The notes beneath the pieces were generated by a model. The model ran no database searches. It worked only from the letters and a program-made list of their open reading frames with translations, and had not been told where the DNA came from. From NCBI GenBank assembly GCA_963422395.1, contig OY729431.1:1152001-1216000 (forward strand): a DNA stretch of 64,000 nt. Reading direction: 5' to 3'. The position numbers and the translations under genes were made by a program. Every line of letters begins with the position of its first letter. Within the stretch, counting starts at the first letter, position 1. Source of the stretch: Vicinamibacteria bacterium (GTDB lineage: Bacteria; Acidobacteriota; Vicinamibacteria; Marinacidobacterales; Marinacidobacteraceae). This document shows positions 1-9,848 of the stretch, piece after piece.

Positions 1-269
1 AGCGCCAGGCTGGTGATGCTCTTCGGGGCGAGGTCGGGACGGAGCAGACGGGCGGGATGGGGATCGAAGGTGACGGCGGCCAGCGCGGCGTCCCGTTTCT
101 CGGCTTCGCGGTGCGCGAGAAGCAGGGCCCGGCGATGTCCGAGATGCACCCCGTCGAAGTTTCCGATCGTTGCGACCGTCGGTTGGAGCTGGCGTTTCTG
201 CAGCGGCTGGCGGCTCTCCAGGACGCCGAGCCCCGCCGGCTCCAACTGGCGAATGCGCTCGATCCTCAT
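1..269 (-). CDS. ribF: Bifunctional riboflavin kinase/FAD synthetase, N-terminal part (runs off window start)
   Basis: Not in the ORF track. Manual translation from ATG at 269 gives [19 protein letters not shown]...AVTFDPHP, the FAD synthetase signature. Confidence 0.93.
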   Translation of the reverse strand, partial: MRIERIRQLEPAGLGVLESRQPLQKRQLQPTVATIGNFDGVHLGHRRALLLAHREAEKRDAALAAVTFDPHPARLLRPDLAPKSITSLA

Positions 270-276
270 GCGCGCC

Positions 277-810
277 TCATGCGGACGGGGGCCGGCTGGG
301 GGCCGGGGGGCGGGCGCGCTCCATGTACGCCAGGCGCAGCTGGTAGAGCATCTGGGAGAGCAACCGGACATCGCCCGGGGCCAAGCGGCCGCGGGTCTTC
401 TCCTCGAGGACCTCGAAGAGCCCGATCACCATCTGCAGGCCCGCGAGCACCTCGCTGCCGGCCGCGTCTGCCGTTTCCCCTGCCGTTTTTCCCGAGGTCC
501 TTCCTGCTGTCCTGGGCTCTCGTTCCAGCAGGGCCGCCGCCTGGCTGAACAGCAGAGACACCAGCTGTCTGAAGCGCGGCTCTTCTTGCAGCGAAGGCCC
601 ATCCAGAGAAGGCGTACCGGCCGACTCCAGTTTCGGCGATGGAGGTGCCGCCGCCGGCCTCGGCTTCGGGGCAGGCTCGCTGGAAGTCCCGGAGGGCACC
701 TCGGGCGGGGATGACGCCGGCGCTTCGGGGGTCTCGCGGCGGGAACCGTCGCGGGCGAAGGCGCGGCGGTCCCGGACGACGATACGCGGTTTCTCTTCGC
801 CGTCGCTCAT
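277..810 (-). CDS. DUF1844-family protein
   Basis: VVRDRR N-terminus, Pro-rich linker, C-terminal [15 protein letters not shown]...LYQLRLAYM typical of DUF1844. Confidence 0.75.
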   Translation of the reverse strand: MSDGEEKPRIVVRDRRAFARDGSRRETPEAPASSPPEVPSGTSSEPAPKPRPAAAPPSPKLESAGTPSLDGPSLQEEPRFRQLVSLLFSQAAALLEREPRTAGRTSGKTAGETADAAGSEVLAGLQMVIGLFEVLEEKTRGRLAPGDVRLLSQMLYQLRLAYMERARPPAPSRPPSA

Positions 811-932
811 GTTCGTCACGCGCCCTCGGGACGACCGGCGCGCCGGAATCCTAACGATCCTGACCGTGGAAGGGATCGGGGTGCCGTCGCGCCTTGAGGC
901 GATTCGGCGCGAAGGGAGAGAATCCGCCCGCC

Positions 933-1706
933 ATGGACCAGCCTGCCGACGACGCCGCTTCGGGCTCCCCGCCGAGCTCTGCGGCTGCGAGCGCTGCTGC
1001 GGTCGTCCGGCTGATGGGGGTGATGGCCCGCCTGCGGGCGGAGGATGGCTGCCCCTGGGATCTGAAGCAGACTTGGCGATCGCTCACCCGCCATGTGCTG
1101 GAGGAGGCGCACGAACTGGTGGACGCCGTGGATCGAGGGGACCCTGATGCCGTCCGCGAGGAATGCGGCGACCTGCTGCTCGAAGTCGTCTTCATGGCGC
1201 AGATCGCCGCCGAGGAAGGCCGGTTCGGGATGGCCGAGATCGCCCGGGGCATCGCCGACAAGCTGATCCGGCGCCATCCCCACGTATTCGGCGGAGGAGA
1301 GCGCGCGAAGGACGCCGCGGCGGCGCTGGCGAGCTGGGAAGCGGTCAAGGCAGAGGAAAGGGCCGAGCGCTCCTCCCCGGCCGACGGTCTGCCCCGCGGC
1401 CTGCCGGCATTGCTCTTCGCGGTGAAGGTGATCGAAGGGCGAGTCGGTCGGCAGGGTGGGGACGCGGACGAAGGGGCACCGCGCCCGGGCGGACTTTCGA
1501 GCGCCGCCGCCCGCTTGGAAGCGGCGCGCCGGAGCGGGGACCGCGGCGGCCTCGAGCGAACCTTCGGCGACTTCCTCTTCGCGGCCGCTGCCGAAGCCCA
1601 CCGCCTCGGGCTCGACCCCGAAGCCGCCCTGCGCCAAGCCGCCCGCCGTTCCGCGGCCCGGGAGGCCTACCGCGCCGGCCCGGCGCTCCCGACGGAGGGG
1701 GGATGA
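933..1706 (+). CDS. mazG: Nucleoside triphosphate pyrophosphohydrolase MazG
   Basis: GCPWDLKQT, EEAHELVDA, EECGDLL and KLIRRHPHVFG motifs. Confidence 0.93.
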   Translation: MDQPADDAASGSPPSSAAASAAAVVRLMGVMARLRAEDGCPWDLKQTWRSLTRHVLEEAHELVDAVDRGDPDAVREECGDLLLEVVFMAQIAAEEGRFGMAEIARGIADKLIRRHPHVFGGGERAKDAAAALASWEAVKAEERAERSSPADGLPRGLPALLFAVKVIEGRVGRQGGDADEGAPRPGGLSSAAARLEAARRSGDRGGLERTFGDFLFAAAAEAHRLGLDPEAALRQAARRSAAREAYRAGPALPTEGG

Positions 1707-2526
1707 CCCCAGACCGCATCGCGGGTTTCCTCTGGGGGATCGCCGACGATGTGCTCCGCGATGTCTTCGTACGCGGCAAGTATCGGGATGTGATTCTGCC
1801 GATGACGGTCATCCGGCGCTTCGATGTGGTGCTCGAACCGGTGCAGGATCGGGTGCTGGAGAGGAAGAAAATGCTCGATCGAGCGGGGGTGGTGGAGCAG
1901 GACAGCGCGCTCCGCGGGGCAGCCGGGCAGGACTTCTACAACACCTCTTGCTTCACCCTGCACGATCTGCTCTCCCTCAGCAGCCGGCAACAGCAGCACG
2001 ACGACTTCCTGGCGTATCTCGACGGCTTTTCCCCGAATGTCCAGGACATCCTCGAAACTTCGATTTTCGCAATCAGCTCGGACGGCTCCGGAAGAATGAC
2101 GCCATCGGGGCGCTGATCGAGAAGTTCCTCTCCCCGGCGATCAACCTGAGCCCGGAAACCGTCCTGAACGACGACGGCTCGATCCGCCTCCCCGGTCTCG
2201 ACAACCACGCGATGGGCACCATCTTCGAAGAGCTGGTCCGGCGCTTCAACGAGGAGACCGACGAAGAGGCAGGGGAGCACTGGACTCCCCGCGACGCGGT
2301 GCGGCTGATGGCGAATCTCGTCTTCCGCCCGGTCGCCGACCGCATCGAATCCTCGACCTATCTGCTCTACGACGGCGCTTGCGGCACCGGCGGGATGCTC
2401 ACCGTGGGCGAGCAGACCATGCGCCAGCTTGCGGCGGAGCGGGGTAAGAACATCTCGACCCATCTCTACGGGCAGGAGATCAACTCCGAGACCTACGCCA
2501 TCTGCAAGGCCGAACTGCTGCTCTGA
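1703..2526 (+). pseudogene. hsdM: Type I restriction-modification M subunit, frameshifted (~2055) and 3'-truncated
   Basis: FLWGIADDVLRDVFVRGKYRDVILPMTVIRR in one frame, then NHAMGTIFEELVRRFNE...GEHWTPRD...YDGACGTGGML...YGQEIN in another. It stops before the NPPY catalytic motif. No hsdS or hsdR nearby. Confidence 0.9.
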
Positions 2527-2899
2527 CAAAAAAGGCATCTTGATCAGACCTTCCTTCGATCCTCGTTCTAGAAGAGGTAAGTGGAAAAGAGCAGTTCCTG
2601 GATTGAAATGAAAGCAGAAACATGGAAGACGAAAGAAACCCGGATAGCAACGGTTGCGTCAGTAGCCGGGACGATCCTGTGTGCTGCCAAAGTAAAGCAA
2701 GACTCCAGAAACGCGAAGATAGCCCGTGCCAAATCGGCTACCGAAGCGGGATGGTGGAGCCGAAGGAGGAGCTGACGGCGAACGCGGGCGACCGAGGCAG
2801 CTACCAGCGCTGCTGGACCGGGTGCGAGAAGTTGGGGGCGGCGCAAGACGCAAGGGGGGAATGGATCTGGTCTGCCTGGCGTCGAATCTGCGGCGGAAA

Positions 2900-3964
2900 T
2901 CCTGACAGCCTCGGGGTCGTGGCGGCGGCGGTGGAGTGGTTCGGCCTCCCGGTCTGCGAGGTCGATTCGGCGGAGGCAGCACCCGCCGGGCCCTTGACTC
3001 TCGGTCGCTTCGCGAGCTCGTGGAGGCGGTTCGGTGCCGGAATCCGGAGGGGCCGTACCGCGGACCGGGGCCGGATGGGAGTGCGCTGGCGGGAGGCGGG
3101 CCGCCCGCGGTGGGCCGGCTGCTCGCCGAGGGCCTCTTCGACCCCAGCGAAGCGGGTCTCGATCCCCGACGGGCGGTGAGCCGCCGGGAGGTGATCGGTT
3201 TCGCTGCCCGCCTGCTCGGTCGGGATCCAGGCCTCTTCCGGCGCGGGCAGGTCCGCGAGGCCGGCGCCGGCGGAATCTCGGTAGAGCCCGAGAGGAGCGG
3301 CTCTCCCGATCGGGATCCTGACCTTCTCTGGATCGAACCGGCTCCGGAGGCCCGGCTTTTTCGAGAGGTGCGTCCGGTTCGGATCCCGGGACGCGCGGAT
3401 CCTGCTCCCCTCGCCGTCCCGGTCGGGCGCCTCCGCCTGCGGGTGGGCGACTTCGTGCGATACCGGTCCCGGCCCGGGGAGGTCGTCTCCCGGTCCGGCG
3501 GCGAAGTCGGGATCGAGTTCGAGGCTCTGATCCTCGAAGACCGCGGTGACGCGCTCGACCGCTTCTCCCGGCAGAGCAGCTGGCTGGTTCCGAAGAACAA
3601 CCGCGATCTCTCCGCCGCGGTCGCCCGCGTGCGCCCGATCGGAGAGATCGTGGCGCTCGAGCCGCTGGAATACGGCCGATCCGGGCGGGTCGTGCGACTC
3701 CGCTTCGTGGGCACCGAAGGGGAATGGGAAGCTCGCGGGCTCCAGATCCGGCGGCTCCTCGGGATCTCCGAGAATCTGTTCTTCGCCGAACCGCGGCGGC
3801 GGGGCGAAGGAGAAGTGATCGAGTGGTGGTTCACCGGACGCGGCTGGGGACACGGGCTCGGGTTGTGCCAGGCGGGTGCGTACGGGATGGCCGCGGCCGG
3901 CGCCGACTACCGTGAGATCCTGGCGCACTACTACCCCGGGACCAGCATCGCCCCTGCCCGATGA
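2900..3964 (+). pseudogene. SpoIID/LytB-domain protein, C-terminal remnant (5' part missing, frameshift ~3011)
   Basis: C-terminal GRGWGHGLGLCQAGAYGMAAAGADYREILAHYYPG is the SpoIID/LytB signature. Upstream SLGVVAAAVEWFGLP...TLGRF is in a different frame. The N-terminal catalytic segment is not visible. Start is approximate. Confidence 0.72.
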
Positions 3965-3992
3965 GTTTTAGCAGGGGGCTTATGAAGATGAC

Positions 3993-4020
3993 TTGACAGC
4001 AGGGCGGGGGTCGCGATGAT
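3993..4020 (+). promoter_or_regulatory. Possible sigma70 promoter for the orphan ORF
   Basis: TTGACA at 3993-3998 with a weak -10 (GATGAT) 16 nt downstream. Confidence 0.3.
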
Positions 4021-4026
4021 GGCGGG

Positions 4027-4494
4027 ATGCGGATTCTTACCTTCACGGGGAAAGGTGTTGCGGTTGCTGCCGGAGGAATTGGCGTGATCACCGCCCCGTC
4101 CGATTTAGCCCGACTCCTGCGCTCGACCGCCGATTGGTTCGATGGTGGCGGGAATGTGGAGCTGATTTTGTGGGGCGTGATCATTGTCTTCGGCATCTGG
4201 ATGGTGCTCGATATTTGGACATTATTTGCGCGCGGGCAACGCCGCAAACGCAAGCCGCCATCTGGGGCGACTGTGGGCTATGCAACAGCGTCCGTGATCG
4301 CAAACGGCTACATCGATCCCGATAACACCGGGCGAGATGGTGTGAGAATCGCCGTGCGGAGTCAGATTCTTAAGAAGTTCGAGGACGTGCCGGGGGCGAA
4401 GGTCGGTGACGAATACAACGCCGATCTTTTGCATCGATGGCTTCAGAAGAACGCGGCGCGAGCGCTCGTGAAGCACCAAAGCGAGATCAGATGA
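4027..4494 (+). CDS. Hypothetical membrane protein, lower GC
   Basis: 155 aa ORF with a TM segment (LILWGVIIVFGIWMVLDIWTLF) followed by a basic patch. Base composition differs from the flanks. Confidence 0.6.
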   Translation: MRILTFTGKGVAVAAGGIGVITAPSDLARLLRSTADWFDGGGNVELILWGVIIVFGIWMVLDIWTLFARGQRRKRKPPSGATVGYATASVIANGYIDPDNTGRDGVRIAVRSQILKKFEDVPGAKVGDEYNADLLHRWLQKNAARALVKHQSEIR

Positions 4495-4519
4495 TCGTTC
4501 TCCCAGGGGACCGGTTTCG

Positions 4520-4624
4520 ATGAGCGCGAGATTCCGCTTCGGCTTCAGTCCTGCCCAGCTGCGCGCCGGGGCGTTCTCGGTGCTGGCCCTGCTCCTGATC
4601 GCCGGAATCCGCGCGCTCGTCTGA
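4520..4624 (+). CDS. Putative 34-aa single-TM small protein
   Basis: MSARFRFGFSPAQLRAGAFSVLALLLIAGIRALV with an AGGGGA RBS-like site upstream and GC3-rich codons. Shorter than any ORF in the track. Confidence 0.4.
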   Translation: MSARFRFGFSPAQLRAGAFSVLALLLIAGIRALV

Positions 4625-4630
4625 CGGGCG

Positions 4631-5695
4631 GTGGTTGATGGCAGCGAAGTCGGAAAACGGCGCCGAGCCTCGGAAGCGGCGATGGGTTCTCCTCCCCTCA
4701 TCGTTTTGGCGCTCGTCGGGCCGACGGCCTCCGGCAAATCGAATCTCGCGGTCCGGCTCGCCCGCCGCCTTCCCTTTCCGGTGGAGATCGTTTCCTGCGA
4801 TGCCTTTCAGGTGTATCGCGGGCTCGACATCGGTTCGGGGAAACCTCCTTTCGCCGCGCGTGGAGGTCTTCGACATCATCTTTTCGATACCCTGGAGCCG
4901 GATGATCCGTGCACTGCGGGCCGGTACGCCGAGCTCGCTGCGGCAGCCATTCGGGGGATCGCGAACCGGGGCGCGATTCCCCTGGTCGTGGGGGGAAGCG
5001 GCCTCTACTTCCGCGCCCTGCGGGACGGAATCTTCTCGGGACCCGGGCTCGATCCGCGCCTCCGCGAGCGGCTCCAATCGCTGTACCGCCGGCCCGCCGG
5101 CGGCCGCTGGCTCTCCCGACTACTCGCCCGGCTCGACCCCGAATCCCACCGCCGCATCCATGGCAACGACCAGGTGCGCCGGGTGCGCGCCCTCGAAGTA
5201 GCCATCGCTTCCGGGGAACCGATTTCAAGGCTTCGGGAGGAGCGCCGCCCTCCGCTTCCGGGTGCCTGCTGGCGGGTTGCCGGCCTGGACCTTCCGCGCC
5301 CGGAGCTCGATGTGCTCATCACCGCGCGCGTTCGGGGGATGTTCGATTCGGGTCTGGTGGAGGAGGTTCGCGGTCTTCGGGACCGTTTCGGCGACCGCTG
5401 GCCGGGACGCTTCGCCATCGGGTACCGGGAGGTTCTCACCGCCCTCGTCGAAGCGTCCGACGCTTCGGAGGTCGAACGGAGCCTGGCAGCGAGCGAGGCG
5501 CGGATCGTCAGCGCGACCCGCCGTTATGCCCGGCGGCAGCGGACCTGGTTCCGCGCCGAGCGGGAAGTGCGGTGGTATCCGGGCGGCGGCGAGGATTCCG
5601 CGGTACTGGAATCGGTGCTGCGGCAGTTCGCGGCGCCGAGAGTTCGAGGAGGAGCCGGGCCCCGGTCGGCTACCCTTCCCCTGGTAGCAACTTGA
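4631..5695 (+). CDS. miaA: tRNA dimethylallyltransferase
   Basis: GPTASGKS, DAFQVYRGLDIGSGKP, VGGSGLY, TRRYARRQRTWF. Start may be the ATG at 4682. Confidence 0.96.
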   Translation: MVDGSEVGKRRRASEAAMGSPPLIVLALVGPTASGKSNLAVRLARRLPFPVEIVSCDAFQVYRGLDIGSGKPPFAARGGLRHHLFDTLEPDDPCTAGRYAELAAAAIRGIANRGAIPLVVGGSGLYFRALRDGIFSGPGLDPRLRERLQSLYRRPAGGRWLSRLLARLDPESHRRIHGNDQVRRVRALEVAIASGEPISRLREERRPPLPGACWRVAGLDLPRPELDVLITARVRGMFDSGLVEEVRGLRDRFGDRWPGRFAIGYREVLTALVEASDASEVERSLAASEARIVSATRRYARRQRTWFRAEREVRWYPGGGEDSAVLESVLRQFAAPRVRGGAGPRSATLPLVAT

Positions 5696-6330
5696 ACCAT
5701 CCAAGACGCCCGCGCGCCGGAAAGGTCCGCCTCCGGATCCTGGCGGGATGCCTGCTCGCGGTGCTGGCGCCGCTCGGGATGGCGCGCGAAGTCCGACCTT
5801 GGCAGCAGCAGCCGCCGGATCCCGTAGAAACCGGCGCCTGGTTCAAGGTGCTCGGACTGAGCTCCGGGTCGCCGGAGCCGGTGGTGCTCTCCGAAGCGGA
5901 AACGAACGCCTTGCTGGGATCGGTCCAGCTTTCCGCCCTCTTCGCCGAACGGGCCGGCCTCTTGGGGCTGAGCGCACGGCTGCTGCCCGATGAGGTGCGA
6001 CTCTCGGGGATGCTGGACGGCGGCCTCGCCGCCCGGATCCTCGGCCCCCTGGCCCCCGCGGGCGGCCAGCAGCCATTCGAGACCGTGCTCCGGCTCGAAG
6101 GCACTGACGGATCGGGGGAAGCGAAGGTCCTCCGCGGCACGGTGGCGGGTCTCGAGGTGCCGGCTCCCCTGCTGACCGGCGTGATCGTTTCGGTGATCCA
6201 CGAGATTCTTCAGGACTCGGGGTCCTCCGAGAGTTTCGATCCGGACGCGTCTTTCCCCCTGCCGCGGGCCATCGCGGGCTTCGAAGTGAGGAGCGGCGAG
6301 ATCCTGCTGACTCCGGCGCCGCCCGGCTGA
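5692..6330 (+). CDS. Hypothetical exported protein (LmeA/DUF2993-like lipid-binding fold possible)
   Basis: TTG start overlaps the miaA stop. Hydrophobic N-terminal segment, then LSEAETNALL and a beta-rich C-terminus (FPLPRAIAGFEVRSGEILL). Confidence 0.6.
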   Translation: MNHPRRPRAGKVRLRILAGCLLAVLAPLGMAREVRPWQQQPPDPVETGAWFKVLGLSSGSPEPVVLSEAETNALLGSVQLSALFAERAGLLGLSARLLPDEVRLSGMLDGGLAARILGPLAPAGGQQPFETVLRLEGTDGSGEAKVLRGTVAGLEVPAPLLTGVIVSVIHEILQDSGSSESFDPDASFPLPRAIAGFEVRSGEILLTPAPPG

Positions 6331-6354
6331 GGGGAAGCCCGAAATCCGGCTTCG

Positions 6355-8520
6355 TTGCCCGCCACCGGACCGGATACCGAGGTCCGCGACCTTCCCGGGG
6401 TCGGACCGCGCCGGGCGCGGGCCCTCGAAGACGCCGGAATCCACCGGGCCGGCGATCTTCTGCTCCGCCTTCCGTTCCGCTACGAGGACCGGAGCGCCCG
6501 CCGCCGGGTCTCCGAGATGTCGGATGGCGAGGCGGCCTCGGTGGAAGTGGCGGTCGAGTCGCTGGAGGTCCGACCGACCCGCCGCCGCGGGCTCCGCATC
6601 GTCGAGCTGCGCGGGTACGACGGGAGCGAACCGGTGCGGGCGACCTGGTTCAACCAGGTCCATCTGAAACATATTCTGCGGCCGGGGCGGCGGGTTCTGC
6701 TGTTCGGCCCGGTCAAGCGGGCGTTTGCGGGCGGCGCGCCCATGCTGAACAACCCGCGCTACGAACTCGTGGAACCCGGACAGCTGGAACCCGGACTGAC
6801 GGCGCCCCGGGGGGACGGCGCTGCCCCCCAAGAGCCGGGGGGCAGCCCTCATGTCGGCCGGATCGTGCCCATCTACGAACGGATCGGAACCCTCGACCCG
6901 AGGGCGCTGCGGGGGATCCTCCATCATCTGATCGGCTCGGAATCTGCGGCCGGGGCCGGTTACCTGCCCGCTGCGCTCGCTTCCCGGCTGCAGCTGCCGT
7001 CGCGGAAGAGGGCACTCGAAGAGGTCCACTTCCCCCCGCCCGGCGCTTCGCTCGAGACCTTCGAGCGGCGAAGGTCTTCCGGCCACCAGCGGCTGATCCT
7101 CGAGGAGTTCTTCCTCTTCGCTCTCGGCCTCGAGCTCCGACGCCGGCAGGACCGCACTGCTCGGGCTGGCGGATCCACTTTCGCCGTGGACGACGGCCTC
7201 CGCAGCCTGGTGCGGCGGGTGCTCCCGTTCCGCCTCACCCCTTCGCAGCGGGAGGCGCTCGCCACCATGGCCCGGGAGTTCCAGTCGCCGTTGACCATGA
7301 GGCGATTGCTGCAGGGCGATGTGGGTTCGGGAAAGACCATCGTGGCGGTGATCGCCGCGCTCATCGTGATGCACCACGGAGCGCAAGCGGCCCTCATGGC
7401 GCCGACCGAAGTGCTCGCCGAGCAGCACTTCACCACGATCCGGGGGCTTCTCGAACCGCATGGGATCCGGGTCGCTCTGCTGACCGCGGGACTCGGCGCC
7501 GCCGACCGCCGCGACACGCTGACCGCGGTGGCTTCCGGCTGGACCCAGTTCGTGGTGGGGACCCATTCCCTGATCCAGGAGGGCGCGAAGTTCCGCAACC
7601 TCGGTTTCGCCGTCGTGGACGAGCAGCACAAATTCGGCGTCGCCCAGCGCAGCAGCCTGTTGGAACGAGGAGGCGGCTGCGATCTGCTGGTCATGACCGC
7701 GACGCCGATCCCTCGCTCGCTCACCATGGCGCTGCACGGGGATCTCGATCTTTCGGAGTTGCGGGAGCTCCCCCCCGGCCGCCAGCCGATCCGGACCCTC
7801 GTTCGCCCCAGTGCGGAACTGCCGGGGGTGTACCAGAGCGTGCGCAACGAGGTTCGGCAGGGGCGGCAGGCGTTCCATGTGTGTCCCACGATCGACGAGT
7901 CCGAAGAGAGCCCGGGGTCTGGCGTCGAGGCCCGCTTCCGGCAGCTCGCCGACGGGCCGTTTCGGGGGCTGAAGGTGGATTTCGTCCACGGCCGGATGCC
8001 CTCGGTGCGCCGGGAACGGACGATGGCCGCCTTCGTCCGGGGAGAACTGGAGGTGCTGGTCGCCACCACGGTGATCGAGGTCGGCGTGGATGTCCCGAAC
8101 GCGACGATGATGGTGGTGGAAAACGCCGAGCGGTTCGGCCTGGCGCAGCTGCATCAGCTGCGGGGCCGCGTCGGTCGGGGTGCCCATCCAGCCACCGCGG
8201 TGCTGGTGGTCGGGGGCCGGCCCACCGAAATGGCTCGCCGCCGGCTTCGAGTTCTCGAGGAGACCAGCGACGGATTCCGAATCGCCGAGGAGGACCTCGC
8301 GATTCGTGGACCGGGCGACTTCTTCGGCACCCGCCAGTCGGGAATCCCGCCCTTCCGTGTCGCCGACATCGTGCGCGACGCCGATTTCTTGCGCCTCGCC
8401 CGCAAAGAGGCCGCGTCTTTCCTCGCTTCGAGCGCCATCGGAACCGCGGAAGGGCGGCGAATCCTCACCCATGTGCGCGCCATCTGGGGAGAGCGGTTTC
8501 GTCTGGCCGCGGCGGGGTAA
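6355..8520 (+). CDS. recG: ATP-dependent DNA helicase RecG
   Basis: LQGDVGSGKT, DEQHKFG, MTATPIPRSL, QLHQLRGRVGRG, DGFRIAEEDLAIRGPG. Confidence 0.98.
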   Translation: MPATGPDTEVRDLPGVGPRRARALEDAGIHRAGDLLLRLPFRYEDRSARRRVSEMSDGEAASVEVAVESLEVRPTRRRGLRIVELRGYDGSEPVRATWFNQVHLKHILRPGRRVLLFGPVKRAFAGGAPMLNNPRYELVEPGQLEPGLTAPRGDGAAPQEPGGSPHVGRIVPIYERIGTLDPRALRGILHHLIGSESAAGAGYLPAALASRLQLPSRKRALEEVHFPPPGASLETFERRRSSGHQRLILEEFFLFALGLELRRRQDRTARAGGSTFAVDDGLRSLVRRVLPFRLTPSQREALATMAREFQSPLTMRRLLQGDVGSGKTIVAVIAALIVMHHGAQAALMAPTEVLAEQHFTTIRGLLEPHGIRVALLTAGLGAADRRDTLTAVASGWTQFVVGTHSLIQEGAKFRNLGFAVVDEQHKFGVAQRSSLLERGGGCDLLVMTATPIPRSLTMALHGDLDLSELRELPPGRQPIRTLVRPSAELPGVYQSVRNEVRQGRQAFHVCPTIDESEESPGSGVEARFRQLADGPFRGLKVDFVHGRMPSVRRERTMAAFVRGELEVLVATTVIEVGVDVPNATMMVVENAERFGLAQLHQLRGRVGRGAHPATAVLVVGGRPTEMARRRLRVLEETSDGFRIAEEDLAIRGPGDFFGTRQSGIPPFRVADIVRDADFLRLARKEAASFLASSAIGTAEGRRILTHVRAIWGERFRLAAAG

Positions 8521-8571
8521 TTCCGGAAATGGACTGCTCGCTGTCCCCAGTCCACCGTCCCGGACTCGAGC

Positions 8572-9774
8572 TCAGCCGGCGCGGGAGACCGCCAGCGGCT
8601 GTCCCGAGGCTTGCGCCTCCTCTCCGATGTCCGGATCTTCACCGGCGCCGAGCGGGTGGAGCCGGTCGCCGTCCCGGGTGGGGACGCCGAGGGCGCTGGT
8701 GAATGGGTCCGCAGCACAACGCGAAACCTCCGGGAACTCCCTTTCCACCGCTTCGGGCAACCAGTGTTTCCGCGGCGTCTGGAAAACCACGCTGGCCCGG
8801 GCGGCCTCCCGAGCCAGAAACCCGGCGAACTCGAGGGGTCCGCCGGCTGTCCAGTTCCGCACCGTTTCGGCGAGCGCCATCGGGTGTTCGAGCGACCTGG
8901 CGCCGATCACGCATCCGGGGCGGTAGGTGCGGACGGCGTTGCCGAAGACACTGAAGTTGCGTCCCACCCGGTCGGAGAGCGCATAGGTCATCGGACCGGT
9001 GAGCACGACCACATGGGCGAGGCCGGCGGTGCGGTGCGCCAGATCCCACAGATCCATGGGAGATTCCTCGGGATTCGTCGCGCCCCCGCCGAGGCCGGTG
9101 GCGAACACGGGGCGGGTGCGGTGGGGATCGCCGATGAGGTGGATCAGCCCCTCGACCCCTTCTTCATCTTGGATGATCCAAGGGACGGGATGGATGCGCC
9201 AGCCGTAATCGATGAGCCCCGGCGAATGGGCGAGACCGTGAACGACCCCGGGAACCCAGGCCCCCGGACGCCGCCGCCGAGGGGTGAGCAGCGCTGCCCG
9301 GAAGTAACTGGTCTCGTCGGCGCGCGCGAGGATCACGACCGCTTTCCAGGACGGGAGTCCGGAAGCGGCGCCGACCTCGAGCGAAACTGCGAAGTACCGC
9401 AACGATCCAGCGCTGCGGTCCACTGCCGCAACGAGTGCGCCGGATGCCCGGTGCCGCTCGACCGGACGCCCGGAAGCCGGGTCCGTTCGGTCCGCGGCGA
9501 AGCTCGCGGGGAGGGGGCCCGCATGGGCTTCCACCCAGTGCAGCACCCGATGGCGAGCGCGCGCGAACTCCCCGCCTTCGCCGTCCGCAGAGACCTCTGC
9601 CGAGACCACCGCCCGGTGCTCGAGTCTTGGCGGGGCTACGGGCTCACGGACCGCCTGGGGCCTTCGCGCGCGGGAACTCATGGGACCGTTCGGCAGCAGC
9701 CGGAGGGCGGGCGTGGGGGGAACTGCCCGGGAAACGGCCGGCGGGGCGGCCCGAGAAGGCGATGGGGTGGACAT
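8572..9774 (-). CDS. Hypothetical protein
   Basis: 400 aa ORF with a GGAG RBS and globular-looking sequence (DPHRTRPVF...LAHRTAGLAHVVVL...SVFGNAVRTYRPG). Confidence 0.75.
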   Translation of the reverse strand: MSTPSPSRAAPPAVSRAVPPTPALRLLPNGPMSSRARRPQAVREPVAPPRLEHRAVVSAEVSADGEGGEFARARHRVLHWVEAHAGPLPASFAADRTDPASGRPVERHRASGALVAAVDRSAGSLRYFAVSLEVGAASGLPSWKAVVILARADETSYFRAALLTPRRRRPGAWVPGVVHGLAHSPGLIDYGWRIHPVPWIIQDEEGVEGLIHLIGDPHRTRPVFATGLGGGATNPEESPMDLWDLAHRTAGLAHVVVLTGPMTYALSDRVGRNFSVFGNAVRTYRPGCVIGARSLEHPMALAETVRNWTAGGPLEFAGFLAREAARASVVFQTPRKHWLPEAVEREFPEVSRCAADPFTSALGVPTRDGDRLHPLGAGEDPDIGEEAQASGQPLAVSRAG

Positions 9775-9848
9775 GGCGTCTCCTTGGGAAAAAGGTTGCG
9801 GGGAGGTGGCGTCGAGGAGTCGTCCTCCATCCTCGGAGGGCTGGCGGC

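Noticed and set aside
933-2526. Functional MazG plus methyltransferase defence system
   Set aside because: MazG is the ordinary housekeeping type, and hsdM lacks its catalytic motif and partner subunits.
2568-2846. Small ORFs on both strands of the AT-richer filler
   Set aside because: No recognisable motif or convincing start. Treated as island debris.
5524-8472. Very long antisense ORFs (also 11240-14083, 26384-28951, 35986-38805, 47878-50379)
   Set aside because: These are shadow ORFs expected opposite GC3-rich genes and show no independent motifs.
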